DNA of 32,000 nucleotides from Sinorhizobium meliloti (GCF_017876815.1 NZ_JAGIOS010000003.1:240001-272000); one strand, 5' to 3'; shown: positions 8,706 through 17,790, counted from the stretch's first letter. A program made the numbers and translations. The notes: generated from the sequence alone by a model not told the origin.

Positions 8706-10283
8706 ATGTCAGTGAAGAGACGTACGTTCCTGCAAGGAACGGCCGGCGCTATCGGCTTGGCCATGGCCCAGGGCGCTTTGTCGAAAATCGTCTACGCGCA
8801 AGGAGCCGCGGGAACCCTGCGTGTCGCCATCGCAAAACCTGCCGGCAACCTCGATCCCCAAAGCCATTATGCGATCTGGGCGATCCAGGATCTGATGTTC
8901 GAGCCGCTTGTGAAGTACGGCAAGGGCGGTCAGATCGAACCTTGCCTGGCGACCGACTGGAAGATCGAAGACGGTGGCAAGACGCTGCACCTGACGTTGC
9001 GCGAGGGCGTCAAGTTTCAGGATGGCACCAAGTTCGACGCTGCAGCCTGCAAGTGGAATCTCGAGCGCTGGATGGGCATCGACCAGTTCAGCTGGATGAA
9101 CTGCTCCAAGCACTTCCAGTCGCTCGAAGTAGTCGACGACTATCATATCACCGTGCATTTCAAGGAGCCGGTCCTCGCGCTAATGCAGGAACTCTCCTAC
9201 ACGCGACCGACGCGCTTCCTGAGCCCCAAATCGGTTGACGCCGATGGCAAGTTCAAAGAGCCGGTTGGAACGGGACCCTGGGTTCAGATCAGCGCGGACG
9301 ATACCCAGAGCGTCTTCGAGCACTACGACGGTTACTGGGGCGACAAGCCGACCTATGAACGCCTCGAGGCCAAGGTCATCCCCGATGCACGCTCGCGGGT
9401 CGCGGCGCTGCGCGCTGGCGAAATCGACTTGGTCGGCGGCTTCTGGATCGCGCCCCTGACCCCGGAAGAGGGCAAGCAACTCGAGGCGGCCGGTTTCAAC
9501 GTCGTCGTCGATCCCGGCAACGTCACGCTGGTGATGGCGTTCAATCCGGACCGTGCCGAGCCTCTCAAGGATCCGCAGGTGCGCAAAGCCGTCAGCATCG
9601 GCATCGATCGCGCGGCTATCTCCAAGGTGCTCTACCATGGCTACGCGAAGCCCGCCGGCAACATGTTCTCGGCGGCATTGCCCTATGCCGGAAAGCAATT
9701 CGATGCACCCGTCCGTGATGCTGCGGCCGCCTCGGCGCTGCTCGAAAAAGCTGGTTGGACGGGTAGTCCCATCCGATCCAAGGACGGTAAGCCGCTGACG
9801 CTCGAATTGGTCGTCAGCCCCGACGCCGTGCCGGGATCGCGCGTGATTGCCGAAGTCATCCAGTCCGAGATGAAGGAGATCGGCATCGACCTGGTGATCC
9901 GCTCGGTCGACCATGCCTCCAAGCACACTGACATGCTCGAACAGAAGTACGACCTAGGCTTCTTCCTGACCTACGGCGCACCTTACGATCCGTTCGGCTC
10001 GCTCGTGGCACTGTGCCTATCGACCTTCAAAAACGACGTCGAGGGAAAGCTGGTGACCGATCCGGTCAATCTGGACCCACTGATCAATGCTGCGACGGCC
10101 GCGACCGGAGACCAGATTCAGCCGACGATTCAGAAAGTCTACGACTGGCTGCGGGACAACGACGCTATCGCGCCGCTGGTCTACGTCCCGAGCATCTGGG
10201 CGCATTCCAAACGGGTCCAAGGGTTCACGAGCCCCGTTACAGAATACGACATGCCCTACGAAAACATCGTTTTGGCAGAGTAG
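8706..10283 (+). CDS. ABC transporter substrate-binding protein, family 5 (peptide/nickel), NikA-like, with a Tat-type signal
   Basis: GGAGGAG at 8693-8699 is followed by ATG at 8706 and MSVKRRTFLQGTAGAIGLAMAQG. The motifs EPLVKYG, DGKTLHLTLREGVKFQDG, PVGTGPW, YWGDKP and TYGAPYDP resemble E. coli NikA as I recall it. The 8649 start in the ORF track is an upstream extension. Confidence 0.9.
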   Translation: MSVKRRTFLQGTAGAIGLAMAQGALSKIVYAQGAAGTLRVAIAKPAGNLDPQSHYAIWAIQDLMFEPLVKYGKGGQIEPCLATDWKIEDGGKTLHLTLREGVKFQDGTKFDAAACKWNLERWMGIDQFSWMNCSKHFQSLEVVDDYHITVHFKEPVLALMQELSYTRPTRFLSPKSVDADGKFKEPVGTGPWVQISADDTQSVFEHYDGYWGDKPTYERLEAKVIPDARSRVAALRAGEIDLVGGFWIAPLTPEEGKQLEAAGFNVVVDPGNVTLVMAFNPDRAEPLKDPQVRKAVSIGIDRAAISKVLYHGYAKPAGNMFSAALPYAGKQFDAPVRDAAAASALLEKAGWTGSPIRSKDGKPLTLELVVSPDAVPGSRVIAEVIQSEMKEIGIDLVIRSVDHASKHTDMLEQKYDLGFFLTYGAPYDPFGSLVALCLSTFKNDVEGKLVTDPVNLDPLINAATAATGDQIQPTIQKVYDWLRDNDAIAPLVYVPSIWAHSKRVQGFTSPVTEYDMPYENIVLAE

Positions 10284-10296
10284 GGAGGAGAGAGTT

Positions 10297-11232
10297 GTGT
10301 TCCACTTCATCAGCAAGCGGCTGAAGCACTCCCTGGTCTTGCTTTTCCTGGCGTCGCTTGTGTGTTTCACCCTCGTCGTATCGGCTCCCGGAAACGTGGC
10401 CGTTCTGATCGCCGAACTTCGAGGAGCTGTCGCAACACCGGGGTATGTCGAGCAGGTTGCCGAAGAGATAGGACTGAACAAGCCGCTGCTGATGCGCTAT
10501 GTGGATTGGCTCGGCGACGCGGTCCGCGGTAATTTCGGCATCTCCTACAGAACCGGCCAGGACGTAAGTGCGGATCTTGCCGCCCGCATGTCCGTCACGG
10601 GGATATTGATTGCGGGCGGGGCTGTAATTGCGACCCTGCTCAGCCTGGCGCTCGGATTCTTGGGTGCCCTGTGGCCATACAGAGTGCCAGACCGCGTATC
10701 GCGCGGTCTGGCACTGCTCGGCGCATCGACACCGACATTCTTCGTTGGCGCGTTGATGATCTATGGCTTCTCCGTCCATTTCCAACTGTTGCCATCGTTC
10801 GGATTCAATGGCCCGCAAAGCTGGATCCTGCCATGGCTCACGGTAAGCGTTCTGCCGGCTGCAGTCTTAAGCCGGGTCGTGAGAGTCGGGCTGGAAGAGA
10901 CGATGGCGAGCCCCTTTGTGCTAACGGCAAAGAGCAAGGGGCTTGGCCGCACCGCGATACTGTTCCGCGATGCGCTGCCGAACATAACGCCCATCTTCAT
11001 CAACGCGCTTGGCACGCAGGTGGGCCTGATGACTGCCACGGCGATTATCGTGGAACCGCTCTTCGCCTGGCAGGGCTTGGGCGATTACTTCCTCGCCGGC
11101 GTGCGCTTCCGCGACTTCATGGTTGTGCAGGCATGCCTGCTGATCTTTCTCACCTTCTTCATCCTCGTGAACCTGATTGTCGATCTCGCTGTGCTTTTAA
11201 CCGATCCCCGCATCAGGCGCCAATGGAGCTGA
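10297..11232 (+). CDS. ABC transporter permease (DppB/NikB-like)
   Basis: GGGAGGAGAG is followed by GTG at 10297 (VFHFISKRLKHSLVLLFLASLV). It is a multi-TM protein. The ORF-track start at 10087 lies inside the SBP gene. Confidence 0.9.
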   Translation: MFHFISKRLKHSLVLLFLASLVCFTLVVSAPGNVAVLIAELRGAVATPGYVEQVAEEIGLNKPLLMRYVDWLGDAVRGNFGISYRTGQDVSADLAARMSVTGILIAGGAVIATLLSLALGFLGALWPYRVPDRVSRGLALLGASTPTFFVGALMIYGFSVHFQLLPSFGFNGPQSWILPWLTVSVLPAAVLSRVVRVGLEETMASPFVLTAKSKGLGRTAILFRDALPNITPIFINALGTQVGLMTATAIIVEPLFAWQGLGDYFLAGVRFRDFMVVQACLLIFLTFFILVNLIVDLAVLLTDPRIRRQWS

Positions 11233-11234
11233 TC

Positions 11235-12134
11235 ATGAAGATACTGAAGTCTTTCTCGGCCAGGTTGAACAAGATGCCCAGAGCGGCCTTGATCACCATC
11301 GGCCTGTTCGTCGCCCTCGGCACTTTTGCTCCATGGCTCGCTCCCCAGGACCCCAGCGCTCAAAACCTGCTGGAAGCCGGAGTTGGACCAAATGGAGCCC
11401 ACTGGCTCGGCACGGACCATCTGGGGCGCGACACCTTCAGCCGGCTGATTATCGCGGCGAACACGTCCTTGGTGAGCGTCGGATCGGTCCTCGCAATTGC
11501 TATGACTATTGGCATCGCGATGGGCACGATAGCCGGCTACCACAGAGGCTGGGTCGACGACGTCCTGATGCGTGTCGTTGACGTGGGCCTGTCGATACCG
11601 AGTCTGATCATCGCGCTTGCGGTGATCGGCATTGTCGGCCCGGGATACTGGACGATGGTTATGGCGCTGGCACTCGCCTGGTGGCCGATGAGCGGTCGTA
11701 TCAGCCGTGCCGTCGCCGTCAGTATCATGAGCAAGCCTCATATAGAGGCGCTACGCGTACTGGGCGCCAGCCCCTGGCGCATTTATTTCAATCATCTCCT
11801 TCCCGGCACGATCGGCGCCGTCATGGTCTATGCAACCGCAGACGCGGGCGTGGCAGCGCTTGCAGTCGCAACGCTGAGCTTCCTGGGGCTGGGGATCCAA
11901 CCGCCCACGCCAGAGTGGGGCCAAATGCTGGTCGACGCGTTGCCCTATCTCGAATCCGATCCGCGGCAGGTTATCCTGCCGGGGCTGGCGCTCACCGCGG
12001 CGGTCATAGGCTTCAATACGCTGGGAGAATCGATCGCGCTCAATCGCATCCCAAAGCCACTCACGCGGCGCATGCTCGCTGCGCGGCGAATTGAGGTAGC
12101 CGGATGGGCAAAGGAGAGCATTGATGCAAAATGA
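11235..12134 (+). CDS. ABC transporter permease (DppC/NikC-like)
   Basis: MKILKSFSARLNKMPRAALITIGLFVALGTFAPWLAPQDP and HWLGTDHLGRD are typical N-terminal signatures. An alternative in-frame ATG lies at 11223. GGAG lies 6 nt before 11235. Confidence 0.88.
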   Translation: MKILKSFSARLNKMPRAALITIGLFVALGTFAPWLAPQDPSAQNLLEAGVGPNGAHWLGTDHLGRDTFSRLIIAANTSLVSVGSVLAIAMTIGIAMGTIAGYHRGWVDDVLMRVVDVGLSIPSLIIALAVIGIVGPGYWTMVMALALAWWPMSGRISRAVAVSIMSKPHIEALRVLGASPWRIYFNHLLPGTIGAVMVYATADAGVAALAVATLSFLGLGIQPPTPEWGQMLVDALPYLESDPRQVILPGLALTAAVIGFNTLGESIALNRIPKPLTRRMLAARRIEVAGWAKESIDAK

Positions 12135-13119
12135 ACCATTGTTGTCCGTCAGCAATCTGACGGTCGATCTCCTGACCGCCAAATCGGCAGTGCGCCCGGT
12201 CGACGGGGTCAGCTACTCAGTCCGCCAAGGCGAGTGTCTCGCGATCGTGGGTGAAAGTGGCAGCGGCAAGACAGTGATGAACTTCGCTCCGCTTGGCCTG
12301 ATGCCATCGGGTGTGGCGACGCAACTGTCCGGGTCCGTGCGTTTCCAAGGGCAGGAGTTGATTGATCTACCAGAACGCGAAATTCGCAAATACCGCGGAA
12401 AGTCCATCGGCTTCATCTTCCAGGATCCGATGAGTGCACTCAATCCCGTACGGCGCATCGGACGACAGATCGCGGAAATGGCGGAGCTGCACTTGAACAT
12501 GAGTCCTCGGGCGGCGGAGGAAAGGGCGCTAGACCTCGTCAAGCTCGTCGGTATATCCGATCCTGCCGCACGGCTGAGCCAGTTCCCCCATGAGCTTTCG
12601 GGTGGCTTAAGGCAGCGCATCGTTATCGCCATTGCGCTTGCGGGAGAGCCGAAGCTCCTCGTCGCTGACGAACCGACGACTGCCCTCGACGTCACGGTTC
12701 AGGCACAGATCCTGCGTTTGCTGAAGGATCTCCAGCATCGTCTCAACATGGCCATGGTGCTGATCACCCACGACATGGGCGTGGTTGCAGGGGCAGCGGA
12801 CAATGTCCTGGTCATGTACGCAGCACGCGGTGCAGAACGTGGCCCTGTCGACAAGGTGTTGGTCAATCCGCGCCACCCCTACACCAAGGGACTAATCAAT
12901 GCGATTCCTCGGCGGGAAGACCCAGTCGGTTCCGAGTTTCGAGGTCTGCCCGGTGTACCACCAACGCTCGGGGCGCCAATCAATGGCTGCGCTTTCGCTC
13001 CGCGCTGCGAATTCGCGGTCGCTGAATGCACGCGCAGCCGGCCACCAATGACAGCAACCGCAGACAGCAGCGTTTTCGTGGCCTGCCCAATCGTCAACCA
13101 AGGAAAGGCCGCGGCATGA
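12124..13119 (+). CDS. ABC transporter ATP-binding protein (DppD/NikD-like)
   Basis: Walker A is GESGSGKT, the signature motif is LSGGLRQR, and Walker B is LLVADEPTTALD. It has a C-terminal oligopeptide-type extension and overlaps the preceding permease by 11 nt. Confidence 0.92.
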   Translation: MQNEPLLSVSNLTVDLLTAKSAVRPVDGVSYSVRQGECLAIVGESGSGKTVMNFAPLGLMPSGVATQLSGSVRFQGQELIDLPEREIRKYRGKSIGFIFQDPMSALNPVRRIGRQIAEMAELHLNMSPRAAEERALDLVKLVGISDPAARLSQFPHELSGGLRQRIVIAIALAGEPKLLVADEPTTALDVTVQAQILRLLKDLQHRLNMAMVLITHDMGVVAGAADNVLVMYAARGAERGPVDKVLVNPRHPYTKGLINAIPRREDPVGSEFRGLPGVPPTLGAPINGCAFAPRCEFAVAECTRSRPPMTATADSSVFVACPIVNQGKAAA

Positions 13120-14138
13120 CACACGCGCCTGTTTTAAAAGTCGAAAACTTGCAGACGCGCTTCAAGAGCGTCCAGCGGGGTAAATATGTCCATGCCGTTG
13201 ACGATGTCTCCATCGAGCTCTATCCGGGCGAGATCGTCGGTTTGGTCGGCGAATCGGGTTGCGGAAAGTCGACGCTCGGGCGAACCATCGTTGGGCTCGA
13301 GAAGGCGACCAGCGGACGGGTGTTGCTAGACGGGGTAGACCTCAGCTCTCTCTCGGGTGCCGCACTGCGCCGCAGTCGCCGAGCCCTGCAATACGTGTTT
13401 CAGGATCCATACTCCTCCCTGAACGATCGCCAAACCGTCGGCGAGACTATCGACGAGGCACTGCTCATCGATGGAACATATTCGCTGGACGAGAGGAGTC
13501 GGCGGACGAAAGAGCTGCTGGATCAGGTGGGACTGGCGAATGCTGTCAAGGATCGGCACACCCGTGAGCTTTCCGGCGGCCAGCGGCAGCGTGTTGCCAT
13601 TGCGAGATCGCTTGCGGTGAACCCTCGGGTGCTGATCTGCGACGAGCCGGTAAGCGCCCTCGATCTATCCATCCGAGCGCAGGTGATGAACCTCTTCCTG
13701 CGCTTGCAGAAAGATCTCGGTGTCGCCTGCCTGTTTATCGCCCATGACCTTGCGTTGGTGCGGCAAGCGGCTTCACGCGTCTACGTCATGTATCTCGGTA
13801 AGATTGTCGAGCACGGGCCGTCTCAGCAACTTTACGACCGTCCTAGTCATCCTTACACGCAGATGCTGCTGGCGTCCGTTCCTGAGGTCGACCCACGCGT
13901 CGAGAAGCTCCGCAGCGGACCTTTGTTGATGGGAGAAATACCAAGTCCAATCAATCCGCCGTCCGGCTGCAGGTTCAGGACCCGCTGTCCGCTTGCGGTG
14001 GACGAATGCGCCGGGAAGGCACCGCCTTCACATCGGCTCTCACCTGACCATAACGCTGCCTGCGTGTTTGCGCCCGAGCTTTATGGGGGCAAGCGTTCTG
14101 CCCTTGTTCAGCAGTCTGCATTGGCCGCATCAGTGTAG
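13116..14138 (+). CDS. ABC transporter ATP-binding protein (DppF/NikE-like)
   Basis: ATGA overlap at 13116-13119. Walker A is GESGCGKST, the signature motif is LSGGQRQR, and Walker B is VLICDEPVSALD. Confidence 0.92.
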   Translation: MTHAPVLKVENLQTRFKSVQRGKYVHAVDDVSIELYPGEIVGLVGESGCGKSTLGRTIVGLEKATSGRVLLDGVDLSSLSGAALRRSRRALQYVFQDPYSSLNDRQTVGETIDEALLIDGTYSLDERSRRTKELLDQVGLANAVKDRHTRELSGGQRQRVAIARSLAVNPRVLICDEPVSALDLSIRAQVMNLFLRLQKDLGVACLFIAHDLALVRQAASRVYVMYLGKIVEHGPSQQLYDRPSHPYTQMLLASVPEVDPRVEKLRSGPLLMGEIPSPINPPSGCRFRTRCPLAVDECAGKAPPSHRLSPDHNAACVFAPELYGGKRSALVQQSALAASV

Positions 14139-14182
14139 AGATAAGTCTTCGTTGGCCTGCTGGGGGCGACTTGCCTTCTATA

Positions 14183-14501
14183 GACGAGCTGAAAATTCAT
14201 TTCTGGTGCAGTCAGTAATGGCGACGTGCCTACCAATTTCCCCTGCGGGAGTGAGCTTCTTCCCGCCAACTAGCCCGGTGTCCAGACACCGGGCATTTTC
14301 TTGAGCGAGATGGTTCATCACCGGCGAATGGCTATTGCTGCTGTTGAGCAGTTTCGAAGATCGGATAATGTATCCGTTGGCGAAAGCTTCGATAAGAACG
14401 GCTGGCGTTTCGAAGTCGTTGACCTCAATGGCAGGCGGATAGACAAGAGACTGGTCAGACCTGAACAATCAGATCGTACTGATAAAACCCAAGCTGCATA
14501 G
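14183..14501 (+). pseudogene. Decayed C-terminal (CorC_HlyC domain) fragment of a CBS-domain hemolysin/CorC/TlyC-family protein
   Basis: The segment ends in VGESFDKNGWRFEVVDLNGRRIDKRLV, a classic CorC_HlyC signature. Upstream pieces are RRAENSFLVQS (a different frame) and ELLPAN-TAG-PGVQTPGIFLSEM (in-frame TAG at 14271-14273). That gives at least one frameshift plus one nonsense codon, and no N-terminal domains. Confidence 0.55.
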
Positions 14502-14849
14502 CTAAGTTGTCGGGCCCCCGGTTGGTCCTTGAGGATTTGGAGGCCTTGCTGCCGACGTGTAGCCCCTCGTGCCTCCTTCAACGGATCGAGCCAGCCGGGT
14601 TAACCCTCGCAAGAAGTCGCATGCATACTGGTCAGGACTGCACCACTTCTGTTTGCCGAGTTCTCCGATCTCGACAGCGGCCCTGGTTCGTGGGGCCAGC
14701 ACCATGTGAACCGGCGATTTACGAATGGATTCGATTACCTGCATTGCGTCCGCCAGATCCGAAACGACAGGCACACCATGTACCAGACTGCTGATATCCA
14801 TCTCACTTTCGCTGTCTAGAGCGTCATAGAAGTCCTTCACGAACAGCAC
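14502..14849 (-). pseudogene. Fragment resembling the CBS-pair region of the same CorC/TlyC family, on the opposite strand
   Basis: LFVKDF...ISSLVHGVPVVSDLADAMQVIESIRKSPVHMVLA resembles the conserved L.R.PLFVPE....LLE.FRKSRVHMALV block. The expected VDEYGG continuation is missing. It abuts the + strand fragment at 14501/14502. Confidence 0.4.
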
Positions 14850-14860
14850 GCTGCGGCCAG

Positions 14861-14984
14861 TCCTGGCGGGCGCTCTCTTCGCCGCCTCGTTTCGAGCATG
14901 GCCGTTGCCATCGGCGGTGCGTTGAAGATCGTCTACGATCTGCTGTGGCTGATGCAGTTTCCGGCGGTTGAGGCCGCTGGAGGA
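14861..14984 (+). pseudogene. Possible C-terminal remnant of an MFS transporter
   Basis: LRPVLAGALFAASF is followed, after a frame change, by AIGGALKIVYDLLWLMQFPAVEA. This resembles the G-LKI-YDL tail I recall from many MFS proteins. There is no upstream body. Weak call. Confidence 0.3.
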
Positions 14985-15017
14985 ATGCTGACGCGAGCCG
15001 CTGCTGCTAACCCTTTT

Positions 15018-15737
15018 TCAACGGATGAAAATCTCACGCATTGCGATGACTACTAAGATCAGACCTGTGAAGGCTTCGACAAACTTTGATATTTTGACCA
15101 GGAGGGCGTGCCGGGTCGCCAGCAGTTTCTCCATTCGCGTCCGGAAGAAGACGGTCACCAGTGCAACGCTCGAGAGGGTGATTGCCACACCCGTCATCAT
15201 GACGAGCGCGAACATGATCCCGGCCCCGGGTACGCCGCGTGATATTGCGAAGGTCATGACGAACAGCGTCAAGGGACAGGGGATCAGACCGGCCATGAAG
15301 CCGACGGCAACACCTTCTCCTTCGCCGTGGACATGAGGCGGCCGGAAGCAGACGCTCCATAACATCCAGGCTCCGATGAGGCCGAGCAGACCCCGGCTCA
15401 CGTCCTCGAGCAGCGGCGCCGACCCGGCGCTTCCAAGCATAAGCGATACGAGCGGCAGCGAGAACAGGGCTATGACCACGGCCATCGTCACATGCGTGGC
15501 GGACAGTGCCAAGGAGACCACCAGCCCGCGCCGCATGCCGGCCGACGCACCGGTCAGGTAGGTGGCAAGCACAGCCTTGCTGTGGCCGGGCGTCATCGCA
15601 TGCACAGCGCCGAAGATGATCCCCATCGGCAGGAAGGTCAGGAAGTCCGTCCAGCCACCGCCATTCGCGATGGTTTTGATATGCTCGGCTAAGGCGAGAT
15701 AGATGTCCCGCTGGATGTCTACGATCGCCTGTGGCAA
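15018..15737 (-). CDS. NicO-family nickel/cobalt transporter (RcnA/NcrC-like)
   Basis: 239 aa with about six TM segments. The signature is GAVHAMTPGHSKAV (compare the HA..PGHGK motif of the RcnA/NicO family). The TTG start lies 4 nt after the upstream stop. Confidence 0.8.
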   Translation of the reverse strand: MPQAIVDIQRDIYLALAEHIKTIANGGGWTDFLTFLPMGIIFGAVHAMTPGHSKAVLATYLTGASAGMRRGLVVSLALSATHVTMAVVIALFSLPLVSLMLGSAGSAPLLEDVSRGLLGLIGAWMLWSVCFRPPHVHGEGEGVAVGFMAGLIPCPLTLFVMTFAISRGVPGAGIMFALVMMTGVAITLSSVALVTVFFRTRMEKLLATRHALLVKISKFVEAFTGLILVVIAMREIFIR

Positions 15738-15741
15738 ACTT

Positions 15742-16172
15742 TTACGCCCAGTTCAGAGAAACGGCCGCCACGGCCAGGTAGCGTGTCACCTTGGCGACCG
15801 CCACCAACAAGACAAAATGCGTTAGTGGCTCTTTCATGACGCTGCCGCCACAGTCAATGGATCGCCGATGATCGCCATCCAGCTGAGGAGTAGCGACCAT
15901 TTTCCATAACGATGGATACCAGTGCTGCGCGCTGCTCTAAGTCCAGCATCGCTCACCGGAAACCAGCGTTTTTGCCGGAATCGCTCCCTATCGCGGTCGA
16001 TCAGCCAATTCACGACCGAGCGAGGACGTTGCCGAGGCTCGCGATGGCGAGGGGCAGCCAAGGCGTGTAGCCGGCAGCGAGCAGGACCGCCAGCTTCGGA
16101 CTGCATCAGCAGGATCGTGGCGGCGGCCAGTGCGATCAGGAACAGCCCGGCATCGACGGCGAGTTCGCTCAT
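15742..16172 (-). pseudogene. yqaA/DedA-like (SNARE-associated domain) membrane protein gene with multiple frameshifts
   Basis: The homologous pieces lie in three frames. They are MSELAVDAGLFLIALAAATIL; then LAVLLAAGYTPWLPLAIASLGNVL; then VVNWLIDRDRERFRQKRWFPVS...RYGKWSLLLSWMAIIGDPLTVAA; then MKEPLTHFVLLVAVAKVTRYLAVAAV-stop. The start overlaps the MFS stop (ATGA at 16169-16172). Confidence 0.65.
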
Positions 16173-17491
16173 TGCTCGGTCGGCCAATCCGGATGATGGC
16201 TGTCGATCACGAAGAGATGGATGTGTCTGTGTCCGTTGCCGACCCGCGTTGCACCGACGAGATGCGGGTGGTCCACGGGAAGGGCGTCGTGGACATGCTC
16301 GATTTCCTCGGGATCGTGCACCGGCCAAATTCGCGTGGCGATCAAGATGGCGGTGGCGGCAATCACCCCAAGCATGGCAAAAGTCGTCGACAGACCGACC
16401 TTGGCTCCAAGCCATCCGGCCAGCGGATAGGTGATCAACCAGCAGGCATGCGACAGAGCGAACTGCGCGGCGAAGAGCGCGGGTCTGTCTTCTGGATGCG
16501 CCGAACGGCGCAGCAGGCGGCCGGATGGCGTCTGCGTAAGCGAATAGCCGACGCCGATTGCCAGCCACAGCGGCAGCAGCAGAGCGAATCTCGGTACGAA
16601 CACGCCGATGAACAGCCCTGCAACGAGAACGGCGGCCCCCGCCAGCATGGCAGTGCGGTCTGGCATGTTGTCGAGCAGTCGCGGCAGCAGCAGGGCGGCA
16701 ATCATTGAGCCGACGCCGAACGCCGCAAGCGCCACGGCCGTGTCACGTTGAGCGAGGCCGAATTCTGCCTGCACCAGCACGACGGTGTTGACGATGACCA
16801 TCGACCCTGCCGCCGAGACCGCGAGATTGAGGGCTAGCAGGCCGCGCAGGCGTGGCGTGGCGAGATAGATGCGCAGGCCACGTGTCGTCCGATCATAGAT
16901 GCCGCGGCGTTCCGACGCCTTGGGGCTCGGCAGCACGACCGAGACAACCAAGGCCGCCGATGCGAGGAAGCCGACTACTGTTCCGGCGAAAAGGCTGTGG
17001 AAGCTGACCACGGTCAGAAGCGCGGCCGCCAGCATCGGACTTGCGACGCTTTCGAGATCATAGGCAAGCCGCGAAAGCGACAAGGCGCGCGTATATTCCT
17101 TTTCGTCCGGCAGGACCTCTGGAATGGTAGCCTGGAAAGTCGGCGTGAAGGCGGCGGATGCCGATTGCAGTACGAAAATTAGCACGTAAACCTGCCAAAC
17201 CTCGGTCACGAAGGGCAGGAATACTGCGACGGCTGCCCGTACGAGATCGAGGCAAACGAGCATCGAACGACGGGGAAGTTGCTCGGCGAACGCGGCGGCC
17301 ACAGGTGCAACGCCGACATAGGCGATCATCTTGATTGCGAGAGCCGTGCCCAGCACCGCCCCGGCGTCCGCCCCCGCGAGGTCAAAGGCCAGGAGCCCGA
17401 GCGCAACGGTAGCGAGACCTGTGCCAACAAGTGCGATCACCTGTGCCAGAAACAGGCGGCGATAGGTGCGGTTGGCAAGGACCTGCAGCAT
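16169..17491 (-). CDS. MFS efflux transporter with a His-rich C-terminal tail (NreB/NcrA-like)
   Basis: 440 aa with a 12-TM MFS layout (MLQVLANRTYRRLFLAQVIALVGTG...). The last 49 residues contain 10 His (HDPEEIEHVHDALPVDHPHLVGATRVGNGHRHIHLFVIDSHHPDWP). It lies 12 nt downstream of the metal-sensor repressor gene. Confidence 0.85.
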   Translation of the reverse strand: MLQVLANRTYRRLFLAQVIALVGTGLATVALGLLAFDLAGADAGAVLGTALAIKMIAYVGVAPVAAAFAEQLPRRSMLVCLDLVRAAVAVFLPFVTEVWQVYVLIFVLQSASAAFTPTFQATIPEVLPDEKEYTRALSLSRLAYDLESVASPMLAAALLTVVSFHSLFAGTVVGFLASAALVVSVVLPSPKASERRGIYDRTTRGLRIYLATPRLRGLLALNLAVSAAGSMVIVNTVVLVQAEFGLAQRDTAVALAAFGVGSMIAALLLPRLLDNMPDRTAMLAGAAVLVAGLFIGVFVPRFALLLPLWLAIGVGYSLTQTPSGRLLRRSAHPEDRPALFAAQFALSHACWLITYPLAGWLGAKVGLSTTFAMLGVIAATAILIATRIWPVHDPEEIEHVHDALPVDHPHLVGATRVGNGHRHIHLFVIDSHHPDWPTEQ

Positions 17492-17503
17492 GTCGGGAGC
17501 GCC

Positions 17504-17779
17504 TCAGAGATATTTGGTGATCGACTTGAACTCATCTATCGATTGGCGTCGGTCGCGGGGGAGAGCGCCGATTGTTTCTTCGAGGCAATGGTCGAGGTGG
17601 TCCTGGATGAGTGTCCGTTTCGCTTGAGCGATCGCCTTTTCAACAGCATGGAGCTGCTGGGCGATGTCAAGGCACGGCCTCCCCGACGCGATCATCGCAA
17701 TGACGCTTTTCAGATGCCCTTCGGCCCGCTTCAGCCGCTTGACGATCTCGGGATGGCTTTCGTGTTTGTGCTCGGTCAT
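17504..17779 (-). CDS. CsoR/RcnR/DmeR-family metal-sensing transcriptional repressor
   Basis: AGGAGAG is followed by ATG at 17779. The sequence is MTEHKHESHPEIVKRLKRAEGHLKSVIAMIASGRPCLDIAQQLHAVEKAI...LIQDHLDHCLEE. The N-terminal His, Cys in RPC, His in QDH and His in LDH fit an RcnR-type H-C-H-H ligand set. The ORF-track start at 17815 is an extension. Confidence 0.9.
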   Translation of the reverse strand: MTEHKHESHPEIVKRLKRAEGHLKSVIAMIASGRPCLDIAQQLHAVEKAIAQAKRTLIQDHLDHCLEETIGALPRDRRQSIDEFKSITKYL

Positions 17780-17790
17780 ATTGGCTCTCC

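Noticed and set aside
15834-16568. 244-aa minus-strand ORF treated as a real protein.
   Set aside because: Its N-terminal half lies out of frame inside the MFS gene and is Arg/Pro-rich GC-bias sequence. Only the C-terminal part is YqaA-like, and that gene is better explained as a frameshifted pseudogene starting at 16172.
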